Source: Paraphysomonas bandaiensis (lineage: Eukaryota > Protista > Chrysophyceae). Taken from it: DNA of 32,492 nt. The notes below the pieces were generated by a model that was not told the DNA's origin, searched no databases, and saw only the letters and a program-made list of their open reading frames with translations. Shown here piece after piece: positions 1 through 11,299 of the stretch. The position numbers were made by a program, and so were the translations under genes. The stretch is taken from contig CBFFRP010000458.1 in the NCBI GenBank assembly GCA_965644295.1, positions 1-32,492 of the forward strand, written 5' to 3'. Positions within the stretch are counted from its first letter, which is position 1. Each line of letters opens with the position of its first letter.

Positions 1-347
1 TCAAATACTATCGTCTGAGTCTATATCAACACAATAAGATAGTATTTCCGCAAAAACATGCGGAGACATTTGTTATTGGTTATATATACGTACGCTTTCC
101 ACAAAGAATCTCTCACATCTAAGTATGAGGTTAATATAACTGCACAAATGAAAAAAATACGGAAGGGGGGGGGTCGATTCTTACACCCCAAAACCCAAAG
201 GGACTCTTTCCTTAATTATCTAGTTATAGTTGAATTGGAATAATTTGGGTATTATCTGCCAGAGAGCTATATGGCTCAATCACAGCGTTGAGGTCAAGAG
301 GCAAAATGACGAGTCACTAGCAAATCAATTCTTTATTATTATATATA

Positions 348-1322
348 TTATCCTATGATACATGTTGTACACATATCTGAAGGCCCGGCAACACGAGCAG
401 GGGTTCGTGTATTCGTAGCTATGGTGGAAGGAGCAGCTGGTCGTGTATTCGTAGCTATGGTGGAAGGAGCAGCTGGTCGTGTATTCGTAGCTATGGTGGA
501 AGGGACAGCTGGTTGTGTATTCGTAGTTATGGGGGAAGGCATACTATCAACATATGAGGCGTCGGTGCAGTAGTGTCCTGCCCTGGATGCATCACATCTC
601 GAAGCATCATGTGGTTTCTTCAACTCAGATTCTTCAGAGTCAGATCCTTCAGATTCAGGTTCTTCCGATTCATATTCTTCTGCATATGAGGGACGACTTG
701 TGGTGCAATAGTGTCCTGCCCTGGACGCATCACATCTCGAAGCATCATGTGGTTTCTTCAACTCAGATTCTTCAGAGTCAGATCCTTCAGATTCAGGTTC
801 TTCCGAGTCGTATTCTTCCGATTCATATTCTTCTGCATATGAGGGACGACTTGTGGTGCAATAGTCTCCTGCCCTGCATGCATCACATCTCGACGCATCA
901 TGTGGTTTCTTCAACTCAGATTTTTTAGACTCAGGATATACATCAAATACCCACATAATGTATGGGGCTACAGATATTTCGCATTTTTGGCAATCCTGAT
1001 TATAGTTTTTCGCAAAGGCATGGGCAGATATCCATATGCGTGAACAAGATGAGCATCTGAACACTCCAAACCCTTTCTTTCCTTTGAATTCATGACGATA
1101 CACCCAGTATCCAATCGCACCTTTGAAGGGTTTCTCAGCATATACATCTGGCTCCAGTGGATGTTTACTTGCAGTATGCTGCTCTAATGCATGTTCAGAT
1201 TGGAATATTCGATCACAGTAATCACATTCAAAGTCATTTGCATGCTTTGCAGCTGTATGTTGCTCTAATGCATGCTCGGATCGGAATGTTCGGTTACAGT
1301 GATTGCATGAAACTGTCACCAT
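348..1322 (-). CDS. Intronless zinc-finger protein: 2x C2H2 + 3CxxC (ZAR1/RTP-type) domain + repetitive tail
   Basis: C2H2 fingers CNHCNRTFRSEHALEQHTAAKH and CDYCDRIFQSEHALEQHTASKH. GFGVFRCSSCSRIWISAHA...QDCQKC...KPHDASRCDAC matches the zf-3CxxC pattern. The acidic and Thr/Pro-rich tail is built from tandem repeats. Confidence 0.8.
   Translation of the reverse strand: MVTVSCNHCNRTFRSEHALEQHTAAKHANDFECDYCDRIFQSEHALEQHTASKHPLEPDVYAEKPFKGAIGYWVYRHEFKGKKGFGVFRCSSCSRIWISAHAFAKNYNQDCQKCEISVAPYIMWVFDVYPESKKSELKKPHDASRCDACRAGDYCTTSRPSYAEEYESEEYDSEEPESEGSDSEESELKKPHDASRCDASRAGHYCTTSRPSYAEEYESEEPESEGSDSEESELKKPHDASRCDASRAGHYCTDASYVDSMPSPITTNTQPAVPSTIATNTRPAAPSTIATNTRPAAPSTIATNTRTPARVAGPSDMCTTCIIG
406..540. 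repeat. 36-bp coding tandem repeat, about 3.7 copies (PAAPSTIATNTR)
   Basis: cgtgtattcgtagctatggtggaaggagcagctggt starts at 406, 442 and 478; a partial, diverged copy starts at 514. Confidence 0.95.
565..922. repeat. 138/153-bp coding tandem duplication, about 2.5 copies
   Basis: Units start at 565, 703 and 856 and encode KKPHDASRCDA(C/S)RAG(D/H)YCTTSRPSYAEEYESEE... repeatedly. Confidence 0.95.
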
Positions 1323-1538
1323 GTGATTTTATGGGATATTCAGAGAAAACCCTCAAGAATATGTGTTATATGAAGTTATATATATGTATATATGAGGACA
1401 ACATACTCTACACACTATCCCTTCCTAGCTATACCGTATAGGAGGTATATAGCGCTATACCATGATGGTATACCGTATACGGTCACATGCACTCACTTCA
1501 ACTTTGGAATCTCTGTAGTCCTCTCCTACCACACACAC

Positions 1539-1738
1539 TATGTATGTATGTATGTATGTATGTATGTATGTATGTATGTATGTATGTATGTATGTATGTA
1601 TGTATGTATGTATGTATGTATGTATGTATGTATGTATGTATGTATGTATGTATGTATGTATGTATGTAGGTATGTATGTAGGTATGTATGTATGTATGTA
1701 TGTATGTATGTATGTATGTATGTATGTATGTATGTATG

Positions 1739-1769
<31 letters not shown>

Positions 1770-2375
1770 GTATGTATGTATGTATGTATGTATGTATGTA
1801 TGTATGTATGTATGTATGTATGTATGTATGTATGTATGTATGTATGTATGTATGTATGTATGTATGTATGTATGTATGTATGTATGTATGTATGTATGTA
1901 TGTATGTATGTATGTATGTATGTATGTATGTATGTATGTATGTATGTATGTATGTATGTATGTATGTATGTATGTATGTATGTATGTATGTATGTATGTA
2001 TGTATGTATGTATGTATGTATGTATGTATGTATGTATGTATGTATGTATGTATGTATGTATGTATGTATGTATGTATGTATGTATGTATGTATGTATGTA
2101 TGTATGTATGTATGTATGTATGTATGTATGTATGTATGTATGTATGTATGTATGTATGTATGTATGTATGTATGTATGTATGTATGTATGTATGTATGTA
2201 TGTATGTATGTATGTATGTATGTATGTATGTATGTATGTATGTATGTATGTATGTATGTATGTATGTATGTATGTATGTATGTATGTATGTATGTATGTA
2301 TGTATGTATGTATGTATGTATGTATGTATGTATGTGTGTATGTATGTATATATATGTGTGTATATGTATGTGTGT
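1539..2375. repeat. (TATG)n microsatellite, about 800 bp
   Basis: Near-perfect tetranucleotide array with rare TAGG/TAAG variants; degenerates after about 2335. Confidence 0.99.
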
Positions 2376-2454
2376 GTTATTGCTGTCATCTGCTGTATCA
2401 GTATCAGTGTGGGTGTCAGTGTCAGTAGAGTATAATCTCACCACTTCCCCTCTA

Positions 2455-4438
2455 ATGGAAACTCTCACATCATTTCTATCATTCAAACGCAATGAAATCG
2501 AAGCAAACTTACAAACAGGAGATCCATCTACAGAGCAATTAGATCGATATCTTTGCACGCTCAGCGATCAGTTGTATCACATCGTCAAACAAGCTCCTCA
2601 GAATATACAGCGTATATGTCAGGTATGTGAGAGGACTGCATTGTAATAGAGTACAGTGTTATATATGCTGTGCATAGTGTTATATAGTGGAGAGTGCAGA
2701 GTGCTATATATGGTTGTGGTTATGTATATTATGTTATATGTAGTGTATAGTGTGTGGTGTTATATATGGTGCATAGTGTATAGTGCACGCTGTTATAGAT
2801 AGTCTTATATATTGTGTTGCATGTGTTGATATAGTTGTATAGTTATATATACATATAGTGTTATATATAGCGTATAGAGTGCATAGTGTTATATATGGTG
2901 TTGTATGTAGGGGATAGCGTTATACATGGTTTTATATATAGTGCGTAGTGTTCGGTTTTATGTCGAGTTATATCATTGATAATATATCATTGATTTCTAC
3001 TGTTTGAGGAAGATGTTGTTAAGTGTAGCTCATATGACAGGAGGGACTGACGTTGATGGGGTGGGACTGGCGGAGGAGGCAAGGACTTGTGGGTCAAGAA
3101 AGGAGTATTAATGATGTTTTAAATGGCATCAGTTTTATACAGAAACAGTTAAGTGATTTATCGCCAGAGGTACACCCCAGCCAGGAGGAGATCAATGACA
3201 TATCTGCTGCTGGAAATAAGCTATGGGAATTAGATCTCAACCGGCTGGTTCCTGGAGAGGAGTATGCTATCAATGTTCAAAGAGGGAAAAAAATATACCA
3301 TGACAACGATGCTGCTAGAGACCCGTTGTTTACATATGTCGATGCAAAAGTCTTTGAGCGGCCAACCTATAAGGCTTTTCTAGCGTTACTAGACAACTAT
3401 TCTTCTGCTACAGGAGTACGGGAGGTAAGTTTTGTCCCAACAGATATGACTGTTTGACATGTGTTTGCAGGTGGTGACTGTCGAGGAAGAACAGGAAAAG
3501 TTCGCATTCTTAAAACTTATTATGGAAACTCCAGTTATGAAATACTGCCACAAGTACGATATACATATTCTAGGGTTGTTGGACTTACCTCTAATCACCT
3601 TTTGTCTATTGCTTTCAGCTACCTGGTTGCAACGGGCAAAGCTCCTAGAGATAAGGAAGACTTCATGAGATTCTTGAATGATTTATGGTTCGGTTTGTAC
3701 AGACGTACTACCACTAACGATTCCAGTGGGTTCGAACATGTGTTCTTAGGGGAGATTAAAGATGGTGAAGTTACGGGGATGCATAACTGGGTACAGCTTT
3801 ATGAAGAAGAAAAGAGAAGAAATCTCGACTATCGCGGTAGTGATACACTCAATCATTTTACACGCATACGTATAACATATAGTTGTTAAAGAGTGTGCAT
3901 GTAAATATATCTAGTGGGTGATTGAAGAATCGAATAGATCGCTCTGACGCATACCATGTATAGGGTTTATCTATCCTAAAAGGGTTCCGGGGGTGAAAGG
4001 TTCACGTCTCCCTACAGATGAGCACCAACTGATAACAGTCCAGTTTATATGGAATGGATGCCTGAAGAAATGTTCGTCATCTTTTATCGGTACTAGTCCA
4101 GAGTTTGAAATTGCGCTGTATACGATGTGTTTTTTTACTGGTGGGGATAAGGATAACTTAAAATGCGGTCCCTACAATGTAGAGGTGACGTGTTACAAGT
4201 AAGAAACTTTATGTCGGGGTCAGGAGTGTGTGGCTGACATTCAAAACATAGGTATACCTCCCGCGGTAAAACTCACATTGGAACCTCATTCCCATCTGAA
4301 GCTCCTCTTAGCAGCGATGAGGTACGTCAGAGTAATAATTATACTCCGTGTATATACTTATGATTACTGAGTCAGGCAGCAACAAGGATTCAGTCGTCGT
4401 ATCGCGGCAGGGCTACAAGGAAATCTAGGAGCAATTGA
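2455..4438 (+). CDS. ENDOU: EndoU/XendoU-family uridylate-specific endoribonuclease with C-terminal IQ motif (7 exons)
   Basis: Exons 2455-2622, 3041-3424, 3471-3553, 3619-3836, 3964-4198, 4252-4321 and 4376-4438, all GT-AG and in frame. Motifs: LWELDLNRL, LLDNY, SSGFEHVFLGE, GMHNW, LDYRGFI, KKCSSSFIGTSPEFEIALYT, HIGTSFP. The last exon reads AATRIQSSYRGRATRKSRSN*. Exon 1 is the least certain. Confidence 0.92.
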
Positions 4439-4646
4439 AAAAAGAATGAATCGTACTAGTCCATGTACTCCAGTTAAGGCAGAGTAGGTGACGTTGTAAT
4501 GTATCCTCTGTCAAAGTTACGTTTATCCTGCCAGTAACCCTTAAAACAGTATTGAAAATTGGGCATTTAAACAATTTTTAATAACAGTCTACTCTAAGTG
4601 TAAGTGTATAAATATGTATCTGTAAAATCTCCGATTGTATATGGTG

Positions 4647-4757
4647 CCCCATACTGACAGCGTAACTAATCACTCCGTGCGGCCCTCTAGTGGGTGCTGC
4701 CGAGTGCTGCGACCGCGCACCTCTACCTATGAACACATTGCTTAGTTCAGCGGTTCC
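4647..4757. repeat. 111-bp dispersed direct repeat, copy 1
   Basis: ccccatactgacagcgtaa...cagcggttcc; 5 mismatches against 8522-8632. Confidence 0.95.
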
Positions 4758-4914
4758 AACCGGGTTCTCACTGCATACCGTGTGATAATGATGCTTTAGC
4801 TAGTTGGGTTCAGTAGGTAGCTAGCAAATAACATATGGGACTTAAACAAGTATTAGTTAGGTACCCACCCGCCCGCCGTCCGGATCTACCTAAGTACGCG
4901 CTCAGAATGGAGCA

Positions 4915-5500
4915 CTTTGCCAATATCTTTTTGATGTACACTGTCTGATCTAGATTGAGGTAGTCCGTGGTCCGCCTAACCCGTCTAATCTCATTCATAT
5001 CTGTAATATCGAACCTTTCACACACTCGTCACTTAATTTCCAAAATAATATGTGTATCTCGACATGCAATCAGCATATCATCTACATATATCACTAATAG
5101 CACCAATTTATCCCTAATAATATGCATGGATCAAGTATACAAGATATAAAATATAAAATGTAATAAATAATACAAGACTTAATAGACTTGTCGAGAAGAC
5201 ATTTATACCATGATCGTGGTGAACTTTTCAACAGTTTGAAGCAATATTCTGGTGGCAATTTGAAGTCTGGTGTGGCATACTTATACACACATCTCCTTTT
5301 ATATCTGCATACAAGAATGTATTAGATATGTCAAGTTGATACACCACCATATTTATAGCAAGCACGATAGCTAATAGCTATCTTACTGTTACCTCTTTTA
5401 CCACTGGAGCAATATTATTTGCTCTTCCACCTTCTTGATGGTCTCCGCATCCAAGTACCCTCCTTGCTACGTTTCAAAGCAAAGACATACTCATAATTTG
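4915..5500 (-). mobile_element. Degenerate Ty1/copia reverse transcriptase relic
   Basis: Minus-strand fragments in copia RT order, with stops and indels: APVVKEVTVR*LLA, QLDISNTFLYADIKGDV, YCFKLLKS-SPRSWYK, LDPC, LVIYVDDMLIA (YVDD at 5077-5088), ERFDITDM, LDQTVYIKKIL. Confidence 0.9.
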
Positions 5501-7110
5501 ATGCAGTGTTTGGTTATGAAATAATTACCAAGATTTACAATCCGTTTGGGAAGGAGTATGATCTACCATGATGATTCTGTTACTGGTTATCAATTGGTTT
5601 TGAACAGAGATGACACATAAGAATGTATTTATTTAATTTCTTGCCACTAACTGTTTCTGCTCTACAGCTACTATGGACTATGGAGTGCATGTATTTGAAA
5701 TATTAGTAAAGCAAGCGAGCTGCGAAGCGTTGTTGTTAGGCAAGTTGGATTGAACTTACTGAACAGGTAGATAGAAAAGAATAGGCAGCCCTGCGTCCCC
5801 ATCAAGAAAACATTTCAGTCTACGAGTGTCGAATGAAGCTGTAGTACTTATGAATGCAAAAATTAATTACACTTTCTTTCACGTCCTCTATTGAATTATT
5901 ATCATCAAAGCTACGTAAGTCACACCCTTCAAGATGAAGGTAAAAAAAATCAAAATTATATTTACGTTTACAATCATATTTTACAGAGTGTAGATATATA
6001 ACAAAACATTTCTATGTTGTTATACCTATTATAGCTATTACGACCGCCTCAACTTCTGAAGTTCCCACTGATTCCGCGATGTTGCACATTAAGATTCTCT
6101 AATTCACGTATATCTCGTAACATATATATTATACACGTGAATACAACAAGATACAATGAAATAACAATCGACTGAATTATTATCAAACTATATAAGAAAC
6201 ATACATGTACAAGATATGATATTATCTATTATGTAATTGGCTCTAATGCTCCTTGCAATTGTATCACATGCTAATCCACCATCATGAGGTCTTCCCGTGT
6301 GTAAGTATTCCTAGACTCACTCTCAAACTCCTGTAGTACATTCTCACCATCAGTTACACTGTGTCTACTCTTGTCACTATCATCAGGAAACATAGTAACC
6401 TTCATTAGCGCTCATTGCTATGATGGGAGCAGCAGCCCATGAAGATACTCAATGAACTGATCGTACTGAACACTCTACTATAAGTCGCAATCTATCTTCT
6501 CATTTACTTGGCTATGGTGCCTATGAATGTCAATAACCTTACAGTAGTATGTGTGGTTGAATGCATATTGCTATATGATGATGGCCAAACAACCTCCCAT
6601 TGATGTGGAGGGATCAGAGTATGTATCGGCATGCTGTGTATATTTTTGTTCAAAGATGCCTCATATATTGAGACAATAATTCTCTGTATTACAGCCGTAG
6701 TTGTATTGCAGTTGTATAGAGAATATTTGCTTCAATTTATTTTCGAAAAGTGAGAGGCTGACTGCACTGTATATCATATAGTACCTACAGTATATATGTA
6801 TATGACATGAGCTTGAGGTGGTGAGTAATCATCACAATCAAAATCATCAAAAAACTCAAAAAAATAGGTTTTTTAGAAAAAACTGAAATCTATACGACAT
6901 TTTTTCTCAAAATCACCTCCAAAAATGATGAACTTTGAACAAAACAGTAGATTTTTAGATATCTAGATATCTAGATATTATCTAGAGAGTATGCATGTAT
7001 AGTGTGTAGATTGTACATCTTTGGTCCACGTACTGGACTGCATTGGACTCCTGCATATCTATACATCATACTGCTGTTGCAACAGCACATCATAGATATT
7101 GAGTATTATA

Positions 7111-7605
7111 ATGGAAAGAGATTTTGAATATGAAGCAAACTATAGTGCTTATGAGAGAGAACAAAACTATCATGGTATAAAATGTAAAAACTATGAAATA
7201 TGTAAGGAGATTGTGCCGATATGGTGGTTTGAATGTAATGGATGTTATGAATGTGTTAATTGTCTCATAAAAGGGTTTGGTGAATTAGAGTTTAGTGATA
7301 ATATTGAATGTCCTGTTTGTCTTGAAACTACAAGAGGAGTAAAACAACCCCGTTGTGTGCACCACATATGCGTGAAGTGCTTTAAAAAATGTCATTATCT
7401 AAACCGTAAAAATGAACCTCCATTTCCATACCCGGAAATAGAAGACGAATATTTTGATGGTGATTCTCAAGAAGAATGGGAAAATAATCCGTCATATCCA
7501 TTAATTAAAACATTCAATGAAGAATGGAATGCATGGGAAGAGAGGGTAATGGCCGAATTTGCGTTCCAAGAATATTTGAGACAATGCCCACTGTGCAGGA
7601 AATAA
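7111..7605 (+). CDS. Small intronless RING-finger protein, possibly of giant-virus (NCLDV) origin
   Basis: ATG at 7111 (the ORF track starts at TTG 7099). C3HC4 ligands CPVC...CVHHICVKC are followed after a long acidic insertion by CPLC at the C-terminus. There is an extra N-terminal Cys cluster, and codon usage is strongly A/T-ending. Viral origin is inferred, not searched. Confidence 0.75.
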   Translation: MERDFEYEANYSAYEREQNYHGIKCKNYEICKEIVPIWWFECNGCYECVNCLIKGFGELEFSDNIECPVCLETTRGVKQPRCVHHICVKCFKKCHYLNRKNEPPFPYPEIEDEYFDGDSQEEWENNPSYPLIKTFNEEWNAWEERVMAEFAFQEYLRQCPLCRK

Positions 7606-8521
7606 AAGGCTACTTTTATAAAGAATGAGTACTTATAATATGGCCAAACACTCGTCTTTATTGTCTGACAGGAACAGTGATATATTAGAGGTGCGAGCTC
7701 TTCGGTTTAAATTTCCATTAATTTGTATGCAATATCGTTAAGTAAGTTTATTCATACTACTTTTGATTATATCTGCTTTTTGTTGATAAAGCTTGAGCTT
7801 GGATTGATATATAGATAAAGAACTAAGCTAGTTATAGGTTTTTTGCCACAAGCAGGGCTGCGTATCAATTATTGAAATTGAAATAATCGAAATTGGGACA
7901 ACAAATAATAATTGCTATATTACAATTGACTACAGTCTGTGTAGCACATCATTATACATCACTGAGATGATGATAACAGAATGAAGGATAACAAGAACAG
8001 TGATCAAATATGGTTACGACGTAGTCTCAAAGTGTCAATGCATTTATTCCAAGGAAGCCAGGATGAGTCATATGTTATATATATTGCAGGTCTTTTTATT
8101 TAGCAATAGGCGTTAAAAACTCGTTCCGATATAGTGGCTAGTTGAATGCTAGATCTACTAGTTAGACCTCTACCCATAACTAATCAGCACAAATTCTATT
8201 ATCCTACTATTTAGCGCTACAGAAGCTGCTTGTGCGTCGCCGCATGCACCAAGGTGCAACCACTTCCGTTCTTAATGTGGTTTGTGAGTTCGCCCTGCTC
8301 GTGTGTCTGAGGACTCACTGGCGCGTGTTGTCCGGGGGTCTCCCCTTGGGATAAGGTTCCGCCTGGCTCTGAGGTACAGGGTTCTGTATTAAGGTCCTGA
8401 GTGTACCGAGCACTAGATGTGTGTACTGAGATGGGGTATAGGTGGAGTTGCCGGAGACGTCGTCGCCGTTGTCTAGGGCCTGTTGGTATATGTTACTATA
8501 TGATGGCAATATTGTGCTCTT

Positions 8522-8632
8522 CCCCATACTGACAGCGTAAATAATCACTGCGTGCGGCCCTCTAGTGGGTGCTGCCGAGTGCTGCGACCGCGCACCTCTA
8601 CCTATGTACACATTGCTTAGTGCAGCGGCTCC
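8522..8632. repeat. 111-bp dispersed direct repeat, copy 2
   Basis: About 95% identical to 4647-4757, same orientation. Confidence 0.95.
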
Positions 8633-9027
8633 CCAATTCCCGGATGACTGTATATAGAAGTAGCTCCGGTACTTATCCCCTAGATCACCACGAAAATGTG
8701 CGAGTCTGACTTTAATTAGGCTACCAACGGATAAAATTTATAACCCAAAGTAAGATACAGATGTAGCTAAATGTACTAGTTGATCAAAATTGAGAACTAA
8801 GTTTGGTGTATCGCACGTATGTGTTAGAAAATCCCACTGTGACAATCCATATTTAGCTGAGATATCATGCCGTATTGCATTGATGCTGCGTATATTAATA
8901 CTACAATTTAAATGACATTAATAATTCGCTACATATATGTTCAATATCCTACCATAAACCACAGACAAAAAGACCTTCACAAGCAATATGCTCCACATAT
9001 CATGTATAGAACCTGGGAGCTAACCGT

Positions 9028-10849
9028 CTATAGGGCAATAACCCCATCAAGTGGTGGTCGCTTCCGCTTGTTTCCAACTTCTTCAGTCCCAATGTCTGAT
9101 GATGGCGCAGAGACAACGGGATCAGCGGTAACAGTTCCACTGATAGCAACTACTTGTGAGCGATCTGGAAGTTGAGACTGTAGTACCGGGGGGGAAGGAA
9201 ATCGAGAGGTCATAGGAATCTGTCCTGGCGGTAGAAGGGATGCCATTGGAGCCGGCAAAGGAGCTGGCAAAGGAGGCGGTAAAGGAACAGCACTCATGGG
9301 GGCCGCCGAAGGGACGGTGCCTGGTGCAGGATCTTCTCCGCTCAACATGCGTTTAACATCAGGTCTGTCCCGCAAGACGGAGAACCACCTATGTTTACAC
9401 TGACTTGCTCGCCGAATCATCCCCATATGAGCGCATATTTTATCCCAACGCATTTTTTTGCTCCCTGTAAAAAAGATTATTGACACATAATTGTCATATA
9501 CCATTACAAAATATGACGGCATATTTCAATAATTATGCAATCTACTACAGTGAAAGTCAAATATATCGACGCACCAGTGGCTACAACAGCTGCAATGAGC
9601 TTGTCGTCTTCTTCCGACACCCATGGTCCCCGTCTGCAGTGTTTCTCGTATTTGAGAACCTCCTCCCACCTCCGACGACACTGATTGGGCAATCTTGTCC
9701 CCTTCAAATGTCTACTGACGCACTCCCAATCAATAGCACCGGTTTCAGGGTGAGTGTGTTGTTCTATTCCATCCAGTAACAGATCATTCTCCTGCTCAAC
9801 CCACACTCCATGTTTCACATTCCCAGTAGTGGTACCGGAAGTCATTCGTTTGTGTCGATAACGTGCTGAGCACTGCGCTGGTGTCCATTTGTTGCCCAAC
9901 GCCTCAGCTACCCTTACCCACGATACTCCCCCGGCCCTTCCACTAGAGCGATTCTGCTCCACGGCCTTAGATAGAATCTCGTCATCTTCTTCCCCCCACG
10001 AGTGGAGCTCTGCCTTTCTCTCTTTTTCCGAACAAAGGACCGCCCACCGTCGTTTGCATTGCTGAGATGTACGAGAATGCTGAAGGTGTGCACTTACTCG
10101 TCCCCAGGAAACGCGCCCCCACCCCTGTTGTCCATCAGAAGGAGCGTGAAGAGCCACTGCCTCGGCTAGCTTTCTGTCTTCCTCTGGTTCCCATGCTCCA
10201 GTCGCCACGGCGACCTGATCCCGCTTCATAAACGAATACCATCTATATTTACACTACAAAAACAATTACATATAAATACAATAAACACCAAACTTTAAAC
10301 CTGACTACGTGTTTTGATCCCTCCCATTTGTTCTGTAATCTTTGTCCATGGTATCTTTCCACCTTTCCCTTGTCCTTCATATTTTTTTACAGCCTCTCTA
10401 AGTTGATTATCATCCTCTTCTGTCCATGGTCCAGTTTTTAATACATCACTCATATATCTTAATGCAGAATTCCATCTCCAATGACATTGTTCTGGTTTTC
10501 TATAACCACCTAAATAATCACTTACTTTCGACCATGATACCCCGCCATTGTTTCCTTGTCCTTCAAACAATTCAACAGCTTGTTTTAATGCTTCATCTTC
10601 TTCAGGTGACCAACATCCAGATTTTTTTTCAGTATTATCATATTTAAGGAATGCATTATAACGATAATTGCATTGATTGGGTGTTTTTGTCCCTTTAAGA
10701 TATTCAGATACTTTAATCCAACTAATACGACCATGTATACTGTACTCCTCACATGCTTCTATAGCTGCAAGTAACTGATAATCATCTTCATCTGTCCATA
10801 TACAGGGACTTGTATCATAATCTGAGAGGGAAGGAGTGGATAAGTTCAT
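9028..10849 (-). CDS. Multi-repeat Myb/SANT protein with 7 tandem Myb repeats
   Basis: Exons 10849-10301, 10253-9575 and 9464-9028 (GT-AG, in frame). Seven WxxEED...W..V...QC..R(W/Y) repeats precede a Pro-rich tail and the NLS-like KRKRP. The start is uncertain: the frame stays open to about 10940, so an upstream exon is possible. Confidence 0.92.
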
Positions 10850-11299
10850 GGGAGGATCTTCTTGGGGGTGGTAATTGGGGTAAATGGCAATCACATTGTG
10901 ATGAGATGACGGAGGTGTTGATTTTAACCCAATTATTACCTGAAATTTTCATGACTATTCAAAATTACATCATTTATGTACATAAAATAGGGGTTTTTAG
11001 AGAGGTTTGTTGAATATGTGAGGATGAAAATAGGGGGTTTATGAGATATGTATACAGTACATACAGAGTACAACGAGCACATTCTGTATATACACCAGAG
11101 TACATGTATAGAAGTATACGACTTTTCAGTTTTCATACTCTGTCTGTTTCCAGTTTTTCTAGAGCAATAGAAAATAGGTGTTTTCTACATACAATTCTAT
11201 AGTTTTTTCAAATATATGGTATTTCTTACATTATATGTATGGTAAATATTACTGATTTTCATATCCTACAATAGTACATATATAAGTATATATGAGGCT

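Noticed and set aside
1392-2646. MYVC/HTYI-repeat ORFs (also 25955-26538 and 30590-31373)
   Set aside because: Artefacts of the stop-free (TATG)n microsatellite; only 2455-2622 is used, as EndoU exon 1.
8315-8611. 98-aa minus-strand ORF
   Set aside because: It overlaps the dispersed repeat, differences between the two copies are non-synonymous in this frame, and no domain is recognisable.
8150-8640. GC-richer non-coding stretch as a known ncRNA (SRP, RNase P/MRP, telomerase, ribozyme)
   Set aside because: No diagnostic motifs recognised by eye; an Rfam cmscan would be needed.
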